From Eledone cirrhosa (taxonomy: Eukaryota): a DNA stretch of 64,000 nt. The stretch lies in assembly GCA_964016885.1 (NCBI GenBank), contig OZ024743.1, forward strand, positions 147,312,001 through 147,376,000. The letters run 5' to 3'. Under the pieces are notes generated by a model. The model worked only from the letters and a program-made list of their open reading frames with translations, was not told the DNA's origin and did not search any database. The position numbers were made by a program, and so were the translations under genes. Of the stretch, positions 1 to 12,761 are shown in pieces; the stretch's first letter is position 1, and each line of letters starts with the position of its first letter.

Positions 1-1786
1 CGGGCACAAAGCCAGCCGCCCTCAGGACTGCCGCTAGGTAACGATGGTTGACCCTATCGAAAGCTTAACTAGTTCGCTAATCCGGTCTCTGTAGGCTTTG
101 CGCGCTGGTAAGGACGCGTTTAGCTTCCAGTAGCGGGGTCCTCGTCTATGAAGCCTAAGTCAAGCACACAGATCACGAATTTATGGTCCGTGTAGCTGAC
201 TATCTTGAATTGTGGACAGCCTATGCTAGACCTATCTATTTCTCTACAAAATACTCTATCTAGATATGATCTGGATAACCCTATGCGATTTGTCCAAGTC
301 TACATTGGCACATTCAGGAAATCCAATCGGTATCTGTCAGACAGTTCAAAACACCTGAGCAGGTTGGTGAGCCTCTTGCACCCTCCTCCCCTATCCGCTA
401 ATACCACACAGTCCCAGCGTGCATCTAAGATCCCGTTCCAGTCGCCCACTAACACTAAAGAGCGGGACGTTCCAAGAAAGGTCTCCAGACGCCGGAAGAA
501 ATCAGGCCGCCCTGCTCCTGTCGGGGCATAGACGGCCACTAGCCTAAAAGCTTGTCCGTCTCCGCTGGTCACGTCCAGCACCACCAACTTACCTTCTGGG
601 TCCAGGAAGATGGCCCGTATGGCGAGATCCAAACCTCTCCGAAAAGGCACAGCAACTCCTTCCCCCGATCCCGGACGGCTGGAAGATGCGTACACCTCGT
701 AGCCGCCGAAGATCGGTGCGAAGGCCTGTGCTTCGGAGATTCTGGTCTCGCTGATGGCCACTACATCTATGTTTAGTGAGCTTTAGGTCGTTGAGCAGGT
801 GGCCCTGCTTCCATGACGACCCCAAGCCACGCGCATTTATGCTGCCTATTCTGAGTGAGGTCATGTTGAAATGTAGTGGAAAAAACCACTTACCTTACTT
901 CTCGTAGGGGAAGGATGGTTTGTCCATCCTTTTCACTGCTTGTGGCCTCCTCCAGAAGGATGTCCTTATAAATCCTCCTGGAGATTGTTTGTCGGAAGTC
1001 TCCGTTAATTGTCCGATAAGACACGGTGCATAGGCGACGTTGCTCCATTTTATTAGGGGGGGGGGGGGGGGGGTGAGGTTGACCCTGTACCCATCTTTCT
1101 TTACCATTCCTTTGGCTTCTTCTAATTCCTCCCGAGTTACATGGATCGCTTCGCACGTTTTTGCTACTCTGGCAAAACTCAGGGTAGTTTTCTTAATTTC
1201 ATTGTTGCTGTTGTTGTTATCGTTATTTTTGCTATTGTTCATTTTAGTTTCAGTTGTGGTGGTGGTGGCGTCAGTGGTATTCGGTGTGGAAGAGTTCATT
1301 TCGGTTGAATTCATTTCGATATCACGAGTTAATTTATTTTTTTCTTTTGTTTCTGTTGTCGCTGTGGTGGTGGTTGTCGCGGTGGTGGTTGTGGTGGCGG
1401 CTTTAACACCTGCAGTCATTGGTAATGGCGGGAAATGAACGTCTGCCTGAGACAAATTTAAAATATTGCTACTGCTTACATCTCCTGTGTTGGTAAACGT
1501 AGCAATATTTACAATGGTGGTGTCGGTGTGAGGTGTTAGAGTGGGAGGAAGAAGTGACTCTGAGACATCCATGATTTTTCAAAGAAAAATTTTTGTTTGA
1601 TAATTATAAAAAGTTTTAATTTTGGGCTCGACGCCCCAATATTTTTGAGTGTCCTTTTCAGAAATCAATGTATGTGCACTTATATACAGTTAACAATAAA
1701 ACTTTCCATAAATGGCAATTTTAAACAACTGAAAATAACAAACCTTTGCGGAGCTCACGATGATACGATTTACTACGTAGGTCGCC
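1..1786 (-). mobile_element. Tx1/L1-clade non-LTR retrotransposon copy A (5' part, internally deleted, runs off window)
   Basis: APE endonuclease motifs in ORFs 589-864 and 300-761 (LRIGSINARG, AISET, LVAVYAP, LVGDWN). ORF1 N-terminus at 895-1572. The 5' end nearly matches copy E (27240-27283) and abuts (AAT)n at 1787. Confidence 0.9.
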
Positions 1787-1803
1787 AATAATAATAATAA
1801 TAA

Positions 1804-2060
1804 AAATCTGAACGAGGTGCAAGAAATTGTTTTGACTGATACTGCACAAGTATTGAGAAGAGCACTATCCCTCTTTGTATTTACATATGCATATGCACAT
1901 GTGTAGATATGTATACTGTTTGTCTTTGGTTTTTAAAAAAATTATAATCAACATGCTGCATTAACTGGCTTACCAATGCACACTGTGAATTTATTTCCCC
2001 TAGTTGTCAGGAAGATACTCGGCATATATCTCAGAAACAATAATGAAAGAAAATAAAAAT
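1804..2060 (+). mobile_element. 3'-terminal stub of an R4/Dong-like element
   Basis: The frame from 1802 reads KNLNEVQEIVLTDTAQVLRRALSL, resembling the C-terminus of the element at 19-21.5 kb (TLQKACLLGTARTLRYVLNI). (AAT)n lies on both sides. Confidence 0.55.
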
Positions 2061-2081
2061 AACAATAATAATAATAATAAT

Positions 2082-2258
2082 TGTTTCTACTTTAGGCACA
2101 AGGCCAGCAATTACCCAGTGCATTACTGGTACTTTATTTTATCGACCCTGTAAGGCAAAGTCAACCTCGGCGGGATTTGAACTCAGATCGTAAAAGGGAC
2201 GTAACTATGCTGGAAAGCATGGCGTCCGACCCTCTACCGATACTGCCAATCCACCGCC
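2082..2258 (-). mobile_element. tRNA-derived SINE (octopus OR-like)
   Basis: Minus strand shows A-box-like TGGCAGTATCGG, B-box GAGTTCAAATCCC, body GGGTCGATAAAATAAAGTACCAG and a tail ending in (ATT)n. About ten copies occur in the window. Confidence 0.85.
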
Positions 2259-5200
2259 ATTGGCCACAAGGGCTGACATAAAAAAAAACATTACAGGACG
2301 GTACGATGTGGGTTTTGTGCGTGTAAAGTTTTTTATTATTTATATAAGAAAAGAAAAAAAAAGACACAGAAACATATATATATATAAACAATAAAAATGA
2401 AAATGAAAACAATGAAAAATTCCCCAATAGGGGGGAATCCTCCGACGGTTACTCGTGGCGAAAACCACACAAAAGACCACGGCCACCCTGACCACCAGGG
2501 CAAGCGCCCTCTCTCAATTTTTCCATCTCTCTAACTACAGGCGTATATTCAGAGCAGTTCCGTTCACTCGGACCATTCTCGCTACATTCACCCACCTTTC
2601 AACAAACTTGCTAGAACGCAGCACTTGCCTTTCCACACTGATTTTCCTCTTCAAGTGAAACTTGAAAAAGTTCATTAGGAATTCGCCGAAGGGGAAAGTG
2701 TCTGTCTTTAACCCTTTCAACCTTGTTCACCACACAATCTCTTTCGCCATGGCCACCAGGCAGATGAAAACCGCTGCCCTTCCTCCTCGAAGGAAGACGG
2801 CGAGACCATCTGAATAATGGACTCAGTCGATAACCTGATCAGTCCTACACGCGACAGCAACTGTTCGACATAGCTCCACAAGTCAGCAATGCTCGGGCAC
2901 TGAACGAGTGCGTGCACGACGGTTTCGTCGCTCTGCGCGCATCTTGGACAGGCTCGGCTGACGGCACTTCCGTGCTTGTAGAGCTTATCTCGAACCGGCA
3001 ACGCTTCCCGGTAGCACTACCAAGCCAGGGATTTTTGGAAGTTATCCATAGGACATGGGCTGAAAGTTCTCCGGAAGAGAGCAAACAGCTGAACTTTGAC
3101 GCACAGGATCTCCCCGAGAACGTCGTCGCTCTTCCCCTCCACTAGTCCTCTATAGAACGCCGACGTGGATGTTCCACCAATACTGGTGCCTAGCTGGCAG
3201 AAGGCGGTGAGCACCTGGAGACATTCCAGTTTCCAAGCGCTATCCCTCGGTCTTTTTTTGACCCAGGACTGCAGCTCCGTCAAGGAGACAAGCCGTGGGA
3301 AAACGTGCCTTGCGAACCGCGACCACACCTGTTCACGGTTAAGGAAGCACCAGAGGTGTCGCAGCCTCAGCGCATGTTTGCGCATCATCAGCCATGGCAT
3401 GCCTAGTCCTCCACGCATCGGGCGTTGACAGCAGATGGATGATCTGACCATGGTAGCGCGTCCCTTCCACAAAAAGCGGAAGAGGAGGCGCTCCATTTTG
3501 GTGAGAGTTGGGCTAGGGCAAGGGACGATGGTGAGGCGGTAGCAGATATCGGATGCGATGTACGCATTCGCCACCTTCGCCTGGCCTTTCAGGGACAGCT
3601 TCCTTTAGGCCCATTTCTGGTTGAGGGAGGCCACCTTCCTCGTCACCTCGCTCCAGTTTTTCTCCATCTGGAGGTCCAGTCCGAACCAGACCTCGAGCAA
3701 TTTAACAGGTCCGTCCGTCCAACGCCCACGACTTGCCTCTCCAGGTGCCGAGTTGCAAGCCCACCGACTTTTCCTGGTTTATCTTTGCTCCTGTCACCGC
3801 TTCGTATTCATTGAGAGCGGTGCCGAGCATATGGATGTGTATGGTGCTCGACACCAGCACGGTGTTGTCGTCGGCGCAAGCCGACTCGGATTTCCCACAT
3901 CCTAGTTCGTGTGGGACGCTCCTCATCGCCCCTAGTTCGTGCAGTAACGGCTAGAGAGCCAATAGTAAAAGAGGGACGAGCGGAGACAACCCTGGCGGAC
4001 CGAGCGCATGATGCTGAACGGCTGCGACAGGTGACCATTAACTCTCACAACTGAGCATATGTCGCTGTACATCGCAGCGAACCAACCCCTGAAAACGGGC
4101 CCGAAACCGGCTGCCTCGAGGACCGCCGCCAGGTACCGATGGTCGACCCTATCAAATGCTTTGGATTGATCCAAGTTGATCAGGGCCAAATGCGTTGGGG
4201 AATTTTTGTTTTAAAAGTTTGTACTGTTCTATTTTGATATCAATGATCCTTATGTTTATTGGGAGCGTTTTTGGTGTTCGTGGGGTGTAGTAGTTTTTTT
4301 TTGTGTGCTGTTTTATATATTGCATGAGTTCTTTATTTACCATGTTTATGGCTGTGCAGTTTTTTTGGGAACGGTGATTTTGTTGTTGTTTTATTCTTGT
4401 TGCTGTTGAGTGTGTGTGTTTTGTTGTGTTTGCGTTGTTAGTGTTTTTGGTGATGCTGGTGGTGGTGTGGTTGTTGTTGGCGGTGGTGCTTGTAGTGGTG
4501 ATGGTGGTGGTGTTGCTGCAAGTCTCCTTGCAGCCTTTACTCCTCATTGTGTGCCTTCGCTTTTTGAGGGTGAAGCTAAGGGGTTTTTTTTTTGTGTTTT
4601 TGTGGCAGGCCGTTTGCCACTTCACACCCGCCTCAGACTCCATGTCGGATTCCGTGGCGTCTGGGAGGGGTCTGTGCTCCACGAGTGTTGGCGGTGGTAG
4701 TGGAGCCCTCTCTGGCGATTTTATTGCTGGTGCAGCTACTGCAAATGTAGCTACTGGTGTTTCCGCCACTGATGCTGCTGCTTTAGTTGTCCGTGGCCTT
4801 GGTTCGGGTGCCACGGACGTTGCCCTCCTACTCACAGTGGAAGGGGCTTCTGCGTTTGTTGCCTTCCCTGCTCTTGGTAGCAGCGGAACAGGTAATTGGA
4901 AGGAGAGAGGCCTTCTTCTTCGCTGTCTTCTGCGGGCAAAAGGCCCTGAGGTGACCATTTGACCCACAGAGATAACATTTTGGCCGTCTTCCTTCCACGC
5001 TTATAGAGAGTTGGAGTCCTTCCTCGAGGTCTATGATATCGGGGATAGTGTCGATACACTCCTGCTCAGTTTGTTTAAGCATTTGCATGCCTATACCTGA
5101 CCAGTTCTCTCTCCCTATTTTCCCTACTTGAAGCATGGTCACCCTGTCCTCGATTCCAGCAAGGACAGACGCGGCCAGCCAAGGTATGAGCACGTCGGGT

Positions 5201-6300
5201 GGGACCTGGGTCACTTTGACTCTCACAATTTTCTGCCCGCATTAGGAGGGCACCAAGACTATCCCCTCACTCTTTAGGGTTTCCAATGTGTGAGACTTCG
5301 CTTCTTGGGGGTGGCGAAAAGTGCTTCTACTGTGGTGTACTTTCTGCCTCGGGTGATGTGGGTTTTGCGCGCCCAGACGCACCCCAAAGCCTTTTGGATT
5401 TGAGCCTCCGTGGCTCTCTCCACCCGATGTGAGATTTTGTTACGGTGCGGTAAGTCACCGTCCGTAGCTGCTGGTCCTTGAAAAAATCGGGTGGAGGTTT
5501 CAGGGAGACTCTATTGGCGCTTCTAGTCACCATGGCCCTTGCGACTGCCAAGTCCTCATCTGTGACTAACACTGTTTCGATATATCTGGCGACACCTGCA
5601 AAAGAAGTGGTCCCTTTTTCAGCGGCACCACTATTGCTGCCGCTACTGGTCTTGCTGGTGGTGCTGAGATCGCTGTTACAGGTATCCATGTCATTGTTGA
5701 TGTTTTCGTTGATACTATTGTTGCTGTTGTTGTTGTTTTCGTTGATACTGTTGTTGTTGTTACTGTTATTTTGGCTGTTGTTATTATTGTTGTTTTTGTT
5801 GATACTGTTTCTGCTATTATTGTTGTTGTGGTTGTTGTTATTGTCATTGTTATTGTCGTTCTCGACCTTATCGCTGTTATTTTTGTTGTTGATGTTGTTA
5901 TTGTTGGTGTTGTTTGTGTTAGAAATATTTGGTAATTTTAAATCTGTAACAATATCATTAAAAATGATATTGTTCCTCTTTTCCTTCGTAATATTTTCTT
6001 TTATATTTACCTTCGCTAGAACGCTGTCTCCCTCTCTCTGTGTTGTATGACAGCGCTTTCTCTCTCTTTCTTGTGTTATCCATGTTGAAAGAAATTTGTT
6101 TTTTCAAATAATATTTTTACACCATACGACACCCCGTAAAGGGGTGCTGTATTATTTACGAGTAAACCCTTTATTAGGTGGGTCACTTCTTCTAGACTTT
6201 TATCAAGTGTAAAACTTGAATAAAAGGTTTAGAACGGTTGAAAACGAGGTAAACTGTGGAAAAGAAAACGGGAGGCGATAAGAAGCGTGGCTTCACCTTC
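2259..6300 (-). mobile_element. Tx1-clade retrotransposon copy B (both ends present; APE and N-terminal RT deleted)
   Basis: RT/zinc-finger fragments (LINLDQSKAFDRVD, ACADD, CPRCAQSDETVVHALVQC). ORF1 has CCHC knuckle CYLCGSNGHLRAFC. ORF1 is joined directly to mid-RT at ~4186. (AAT)n at 6301-6328. Confidence 0.9.
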
Positions 6301-6328
6301 AATAATAATAATCATAATAATAATAATG

Positions 6329-9300
6329 ATTTCATTTATTGTCCACAAGGGCCGACATATAGGGGACAACACAAAAGATTGAGACAGAGGGGGCTTTACA
6401 GAAAAATCGAGTATACAATATGAATAACAATAACAAAGTAACAAAAAAAATACAAGAAAAATTCCCCAATAAGGGGGATGACCACCCAGGGTTCGCTCAG
6501 GTACCCCACCAATCCTGAACGACCCGACGCTTCGAGAGCACCCTGGAAGGGCACCCCTCTCCTCTTCAAATTTACCCACCTACAGCCGCATGACCAGAGT
6601 AGGCCCACTCACACGGGCCATTCTCGCCACATTCACCCAACTTTCAGCAAATGAACTGGGGGCAGCAATTCTCTCTCCACCTTCACCTTCCTTTCCAAGT
6701 GAAACTTGAAAAAGTTGATGAGGGATTGGCCGAAGAGAAAACTGTCTGTCTTCAGTCATTTCAATCTCGTCCACCATACAACCTCTTTCGCTACTGCCAC
6801 CAGACAGAGGAAAATTGCCTGCCCTTCCTGACCAAAAGAGGGCGGCGGGTCGATTTTCACTATGGACTCGGCCGATAGCCGGATCCGTTCTACACGCGAC
6901 AACAGCTGTTCGACATATCTCCACAAGTCAGTAATGCACGGACACTGGACGAGTGCGTGCAGAACGGTTTCGTCGCTCTGCGCGCATCTCAGGCAGGGCC
7001 GTCTTACTGCACTTCCGTGCCTGTAGAGTTTGTCTCGAACCGGCAGTGCGAGGGATTTTTGGAAATTAACTATCGTCCCCGGCTCGAAAGTCCTCCGGAA
7101 CAGACTGGTTATATCGACTTCGTCGACTCCTAGAGCCTCTCCGAGGCTCCACTAATCCTCTATAGAACTCGAGCGTGGAAGTTCCACTGACCGCATTGCC
7201 CGCCTGGCAGAGGGCAGTGAGTGCCTGGCAACATTCCAGATGTCAGTCACCCAGTGTCAGTCTCTTTTTGACCCAGGACTGCAGCTCAGTCAAAGAAACG
7301 AGCTGCGGAAACGCTCGTCTGACAAACGGCGACCACACCTGTTCACCGTTTAGGCAGAATATCTGGAGATGCCGCACCCTCAGCGCGTGTCTGAGCATCA
7401 TTAGCCACGGCATGCCCAGCCCTCCACGTACAGGGTGCTGGCAGCAGATGGACCGCCTGACCAGCGGAAGCTGACCCCTCCACAAGAATTTGAAGAGGAG
7501 CCGCTCCAAGATGGCGAGGCGCGAACGGGGGCAAGGGACGACGGTCAGACGGTAGTAGATGACGGACGTGATGTACGCGTTTGCCACCTCCGCCCGACCT
7601 TTCAGTGATAGCTTCATCCCAGCCCATTTCTGGGTGAGACTGGCCACCCTGCCCATCACCTCGTCCCAATTCTTATCCACCTGGAGGTCTGGCCCGAACC
7701 AAACCCCGAGCACCTTTATCGGTCCGTTCGTCAAGCGCCTAAAGACGGTGTTGGATGGTATGGACCTGCCTCTCCAGGTGGCGAGTTGCAAGCCCACGAC
7801 TTTTCCGGGTTAAGTTTTGCTCCCGTCAACCTTTCATATTCCTCCAATAAGTTGCCGACCACCTCGATTTCTGAGGTGTCCGACACCATCACGGTGATGT
7901 CGTCTGCATAAGCCGACACAGCCTTTCCGCGTCCCGGTTCGAGCGGGATGGCCTTGAACAGCTCCAGCTTCCTCAGTAAAGGCTCAAGAGTCAATACGTA
8001 CAGAAGGGAGGAGAGAAGGCACTCTTGACGGACCGATCGGGAGACCTGACACGGTTCCGAGAGGTGGCCATTAATTTTGACCACCGAGCAGGTGCCACTG
8101 TGCATTGCAGCGATCCAGCTTCTGAAGCGGGCCCGAAGCCAGCCGCCTTGAGGAGAGCCTCCAGGTACCGATGCTCGACCCTATCGAATGCTTTCGATTG
8201 ATCTAAATTGATCAGAGCCCCACAGAAGCCAGGTTTACACCCTACCCTCTCTATGATGTATCGCATTAGGTGGAGGTTGTCTTGTATGGACCTGGTTGGA
8301 ATTGCGCAAGTTTGTGCCTCCCCAACCAAATCCCCGATGACAAGCGCCAACCTCTTCGCTAACACCCTGGCCAAAATATTAAACTCTGTGTTGAGCAGAG
8401 TTATGGGCCTAAAATTGTCTAATATATCCCTTTTGTTCTCGTCTTTCCTTATCAGCATCACTACGTCCCGGCTCACAGGACTGGGAATACTCCCGTTTTG
8501 CTGCCAGTTGCAGTAGAGGGTCGAGGAGATTGGAGAACAAGTCTGGCATGTTTACATAAAGCTCGTAGGGCAGACCATACAAAGCGGGTGACTTGCGCCT
8601 CATGCCGCCGACAAGGGCATCCTGAATCTCGGCTGAATTAATTGGACTTTCGCAGCGCCCAGCGTCAGCCGTCGAGAGTTGCGGCAAGCCATCAAGGTAG
8701 GGACTGAAGTCCGCCACCGTCTCTGACCCGCCACTTCCCCCGAACAACCGAGCAAAATGTTGGCGAAAGGCCTCACACATCCGCTTGGAATCGCTCAGCT
8801 CGTGTCCGTCTCGGTCCGCCAAAGACCAAATCGTGGTTTATTACCACGCTGCGCCTCTGCCACGCGGGCCCATCGAACAGCTTTGGTTCCCTCGTTTCTC
8901 AGAGCACGCGCCTTAGCTCTGACAATGCAACCTTCGTGTTTCGCATTGAAGAAATGGTCTAATGCCATTCTCGCAGCTAGCTAGCACGTGAGTTGCAATG
9001 CCACTACCAATAGCCTCGTCTAACTTATCTATCAAGTCCCCCTCCTTTCTATTTTTCTCTAACGCTACTTCTTTGCTAAACTCTATCGAAATTACTCTAA
9101 TCTCTCTTTTGAGAGTCCTCTCCCCCACCACCAACTATTGTTGACGACTCCCCCTGTCAACTTTTTCTTAACTAAATTGTTGACCTGGTCCCTGCAAGCC
9201 TTACGTGCCGGAAATGACATGTTCAGCTTCCAGTAACCAGGTCCTAACCTACGCGCCTCCCATTCCAGGCCGGCTAACAGATGCAAAGATCTGATAGTCG

Positions 9301-11253
9301 TCGAAAATGGGGGGCTAGTGCGCGCGTGTCGGAAATCCTGGTCTCGCTGACGCCAATTACATCCATTTAAACTTCCTACTCTTAATACGGCCATGTTGGC
9401 AGGTTAAAAAGAGAGAGAGGAAAGGTTTACTTACCTTCCGGGCTCTTGTGAAGGTCGGGTGGTTCGACCTCCATAGTTGGTGGGGTTTCTTTTGGGAACG
9501 CCTTTAAAAGTCTTGAAGTGGGTTTTACGTTCGGGATTCCCACGTTCCGAGGAGAGCTGTCTCGTATTTCTTTGTATAAATCGAGCGACATCGCACCAGA
9601 AACAGATCTTCCGGCACGCGAAATATGCTCGATTTAAAAATTTCCGCCTCTTTTTGTATATCTTCACTTCGTGATACGAGGGCCATCAGTTCCTTGTTGG
9701 CCCTCCTGACGAGCACGAAGTTTTGTATGTTTGTTGGTGTGATTTTATTTGTTTGCGTGGCTGTGGTGGTGATGGTTTTGGTGGTGTTGTTTCGGCTGTG
9801 TCTGTGTTTGTTGTGAGTGCGGTGTCTGTGGTTTCAGATGTTTGTGTGTATATTTGTTCTTGCGTTTGTTTAGGTTGTTTTCGTTTGTGGGATTCTGGTG
9901 ATGGTGATGGTTATGTTGATGTTGGTGTTATTGGAGAGATGTTTGCGTGGGTGGTGTCTGTGTTTTTCATTGTGGGTGATTTTGAACTTTGTTGAGTTTC
10001 TTTTCCTTTTTGTGTTTCCTTTTTTGTATTTTGGGGGATTTTGGTTTTACCTCATCTTCACTACTGTGTCTGTGTGTCTGTGTGTGTGTTTATGGTTTTA
10101 TTGGTGTGTGTATTTTGGGGGGAGGGGGAATTTGACATCTTTCCTCGTTTCGCCCCTGGGTGGTCAATGTTGGTGGTGGTATTTCTATTGGTGTTGTTGT
10201 TGGTGGTTTTGCCGGTGCTGGTGTTGGTTCTGGTCCTCGCCCCGGGCCGTTCTTTTTCCCATGTGGGAGGGGTACATTATGACCTTGCTCGTTTTGCAAG
10301 GAGTCATAGCGTGTTTCATAGCGAGGGCTTCTGACTTGAACTACACCGAAATGGTGCCGTACTGTCTGCCCCTCGCTATGTATTCGGTGTCTTCTCTGAT
10401 GCACCTCAGCGCGACTTCGACATCTTCTTGTGGGATTAAAGCTGCTCTTTTGGATTGTGCTGAGATGCATCTATAATGCACCGTTCTGCGCTCCACTGCC
10501 TCAATAGCTTCTACCGAGACAGTTAAGTTGCGCCAGGTTTGCTCTTGCTTGATGAGCTTCCATGCCTGGGCCAACGTTTCATGTTTGTTTGAGAGGTCCA
10601 TGTTGAAGAATGGTCTCTTTTTTGCTGCTGCCGCAGTGAAAGTGTTCTTCTTGTTGTCGTTGGGAGTGTTGTTGTTGTTGTTCTTGTTGGTGTTGTTGTT
10701 ATCACTGTCGCTGTTATCATTGTTGTCTTTGGTGCCACCGTTGTTCTCGGTGCAGTTGGTATTGTTGCTGTTGGTGTTGTCGCTGTTTGTTTTCATGTTA
10801 GTGTTGTTGATATTGTTGTTGCATTTGTCATTTTTTTTTGTTATCTGTTTTACGTTGTCGCTGTTACTGTCATTTTTTTCAAAATTAGAGTTCTCATTGG
10901 TATCATTGGTGTCTTTGTTTACATTGTTTGTGGTGGTGTTTGTGTTATCAATATCTGTTAATTTCGCCGTAGCGCTCCTCTCAACTTCTATGTCGTTTTC
11001 GCACGACAGCAGACATATCGCTGGGGGGCGTGGCTCAGCCATTTTTTTTTGCTTTTTTTTTCTCCATAATTTTTTAAAATGTAAAAAAGTTCAAATATTT
11101 GGGCCAAAGCGCCCAAATATTATTCTTTCCCCTTCACAGGGAAAAGTCCAAGGGCTTTATGCCTTACACAACAACAAAAAATTCAATAAATCAGTTTTGA
11201 TAGGTAAATAAGTGAACTTACGGGAGCGAGCAAAAATACGTCCGTTCAGACTC
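6329..11253 (-). mobile_element. Tx1-clade retrotransposon copy C (divergent subfamily, deletions in APE and ORF1)
   Basis: RT motifs NFRPITLLNTE, LINLDQSKAFDRV and SAYADD. ORF2 starts MAVLRVGSLN at 9394. Asn/Thr-rich ORF1 at 10341-11042. (AAT)n flanks both ends. Confidence 0.9.
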
Positions 11254-11277
11254 AATAATAATAATAATAATAATGAT

Positions 11278-11592
11278 GATTTGTTTATTTGCCACCCGGG
11301 CATCGGATGGAGAAGATGATACAAAGACAGTTTACAATATCAGGGTGGGTGTTTATATAGAAATAAGACGAAAAATGGGGTGATGACACGTACACATATT
11401 ACACAAGATTGGTATTTAAAGTAAATAATCAAATGACGCATTCAGTCGCCTTGACCACAAAAGGCGAGTGAATCCTCTCAACTATTGTTGTTCAACCTAC
11501 AGGCACAAGCTGAGTGTAGGCCCATTCACTCTTACCATTTTTGTTACTTTCACCCATCTTCTGGTAACTTCACTGGAGGAGATCACTTGCAT
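11278..11592 (-). mobile_element. Short 5'-truncated Tx1 3' fragment
   Basis: Minus strand encodes QVISSSEVTRRWVKVTKMVRVNGPTLSLCL*, homologous to the ORF2 C-termini of other copies. Its 3' end lies in the (AAT)n at 11254. Confidence 0.75.
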
Positions 11593-12189
11593 GCTTAGAG
11601 GTTGAAATGGTGATTAACAAAGCTGAAAGTAGTCAAAAGATAGTGTTACGTCATTAGAAGAAATGTGAGAGGTTACAACTAGACAAGCAGATTTTTGACA
11701 AACAATGTCCGTTGTGAGTTTCAGATGAAAAGGAGCATGGACTTTTAAATGGTTAGGAGAGAATGTAATTAGGAAGGGACGAAAGTTTGTGTACTATACA
11801 AAATTGATTGAAAAAACAAAACAAATGAAGGAAAGATTATAGGGAGATATCGTAGTTGATATCTATAATTTATGTTAGTTGAAAGCTGGTTGATTGTACC
11901 CATGCATGTATATTTGTATATTTGTTTACATTTTTATGTAAATTATCTAGTATATTTTCCCATAGGTACATCAATGTATCTATAAGCATGTCTCATCCAC
12001 ATGAATTCAGATTATCTCGAATCTCTTTGAAGGCATGAAGAATTTAACTATGCCGTGCGAGATAGTGGATTGAGTAATAATGCAGTTTTCGTAGGCAATT
12101 GCATAATTGTATTGGAACACGTGGTATAATATATGCTTATTTGAATGTCAACAAATATTGACAGTGTATTTTCCTGATATCTTGTTCAT

Positions 12190-12199
12190 ATTATATATA

Positions 12200-12263
<64 letters not shown>

Positions 12264-12270
12264 TACATAT

Positions 12271-12334
<64 letters not shown>

Positions 12335-12350
12335 GTATATATATATATGA
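12190..12350. repeat. Compound (TA)n/(TG)n/(TATG)n microsatellite
   Basis: Directly visible. Confidence 0.95.
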
Positions 12351-12761
12351 TTGCATGTGGTTGTGTATGTTTGTGTTTTAGTCATACATACGCAATCACA
12401 CATATGGTGACTGTTCTACGAATTGAATTTTAAAACGAATTATTTTGAAAGTGTCATTTCAAATATTTCTTTGTCATTTAAAAAAAAAATATTTTATAAA
12501 ATAAAAAAGAAATGTTGGTGTATCTGGAGATTGTCATTTGAAGTTATAGGGTTGTGTGGAGTGCTTTCCAGTAGTGGAGATGGCCGTGGTGTTGCTATGT
12601 ATGTATTTGTCTAAATAGAGGAATGAGAGACACAGGAGGTGTGGTTATCAGGAATGTGATGAATGTGATGACAACACCAATAACGAAGACAGCTAAAGAA
12701 ATAGTGACACATGCGAGTGGCATACGAATAACAAAACAACAACAGGAACGGTCCAGTATCG

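Noticed and set aside
2190-2258. tRNA gene suggested by A/B boxes
   Set aside because: It is a SINE head continuing into body and tail. No convincing cloverleaf is present.
1040-11211. Long hydrophobic Leu/Val-rich ORFs (1040-1438, 4414-4962, 5478-6050, 10528-11211) that look like membrane proteins
   Set aside because: They are antisense shadows of the (AAC)-rich ORF1 tracts.
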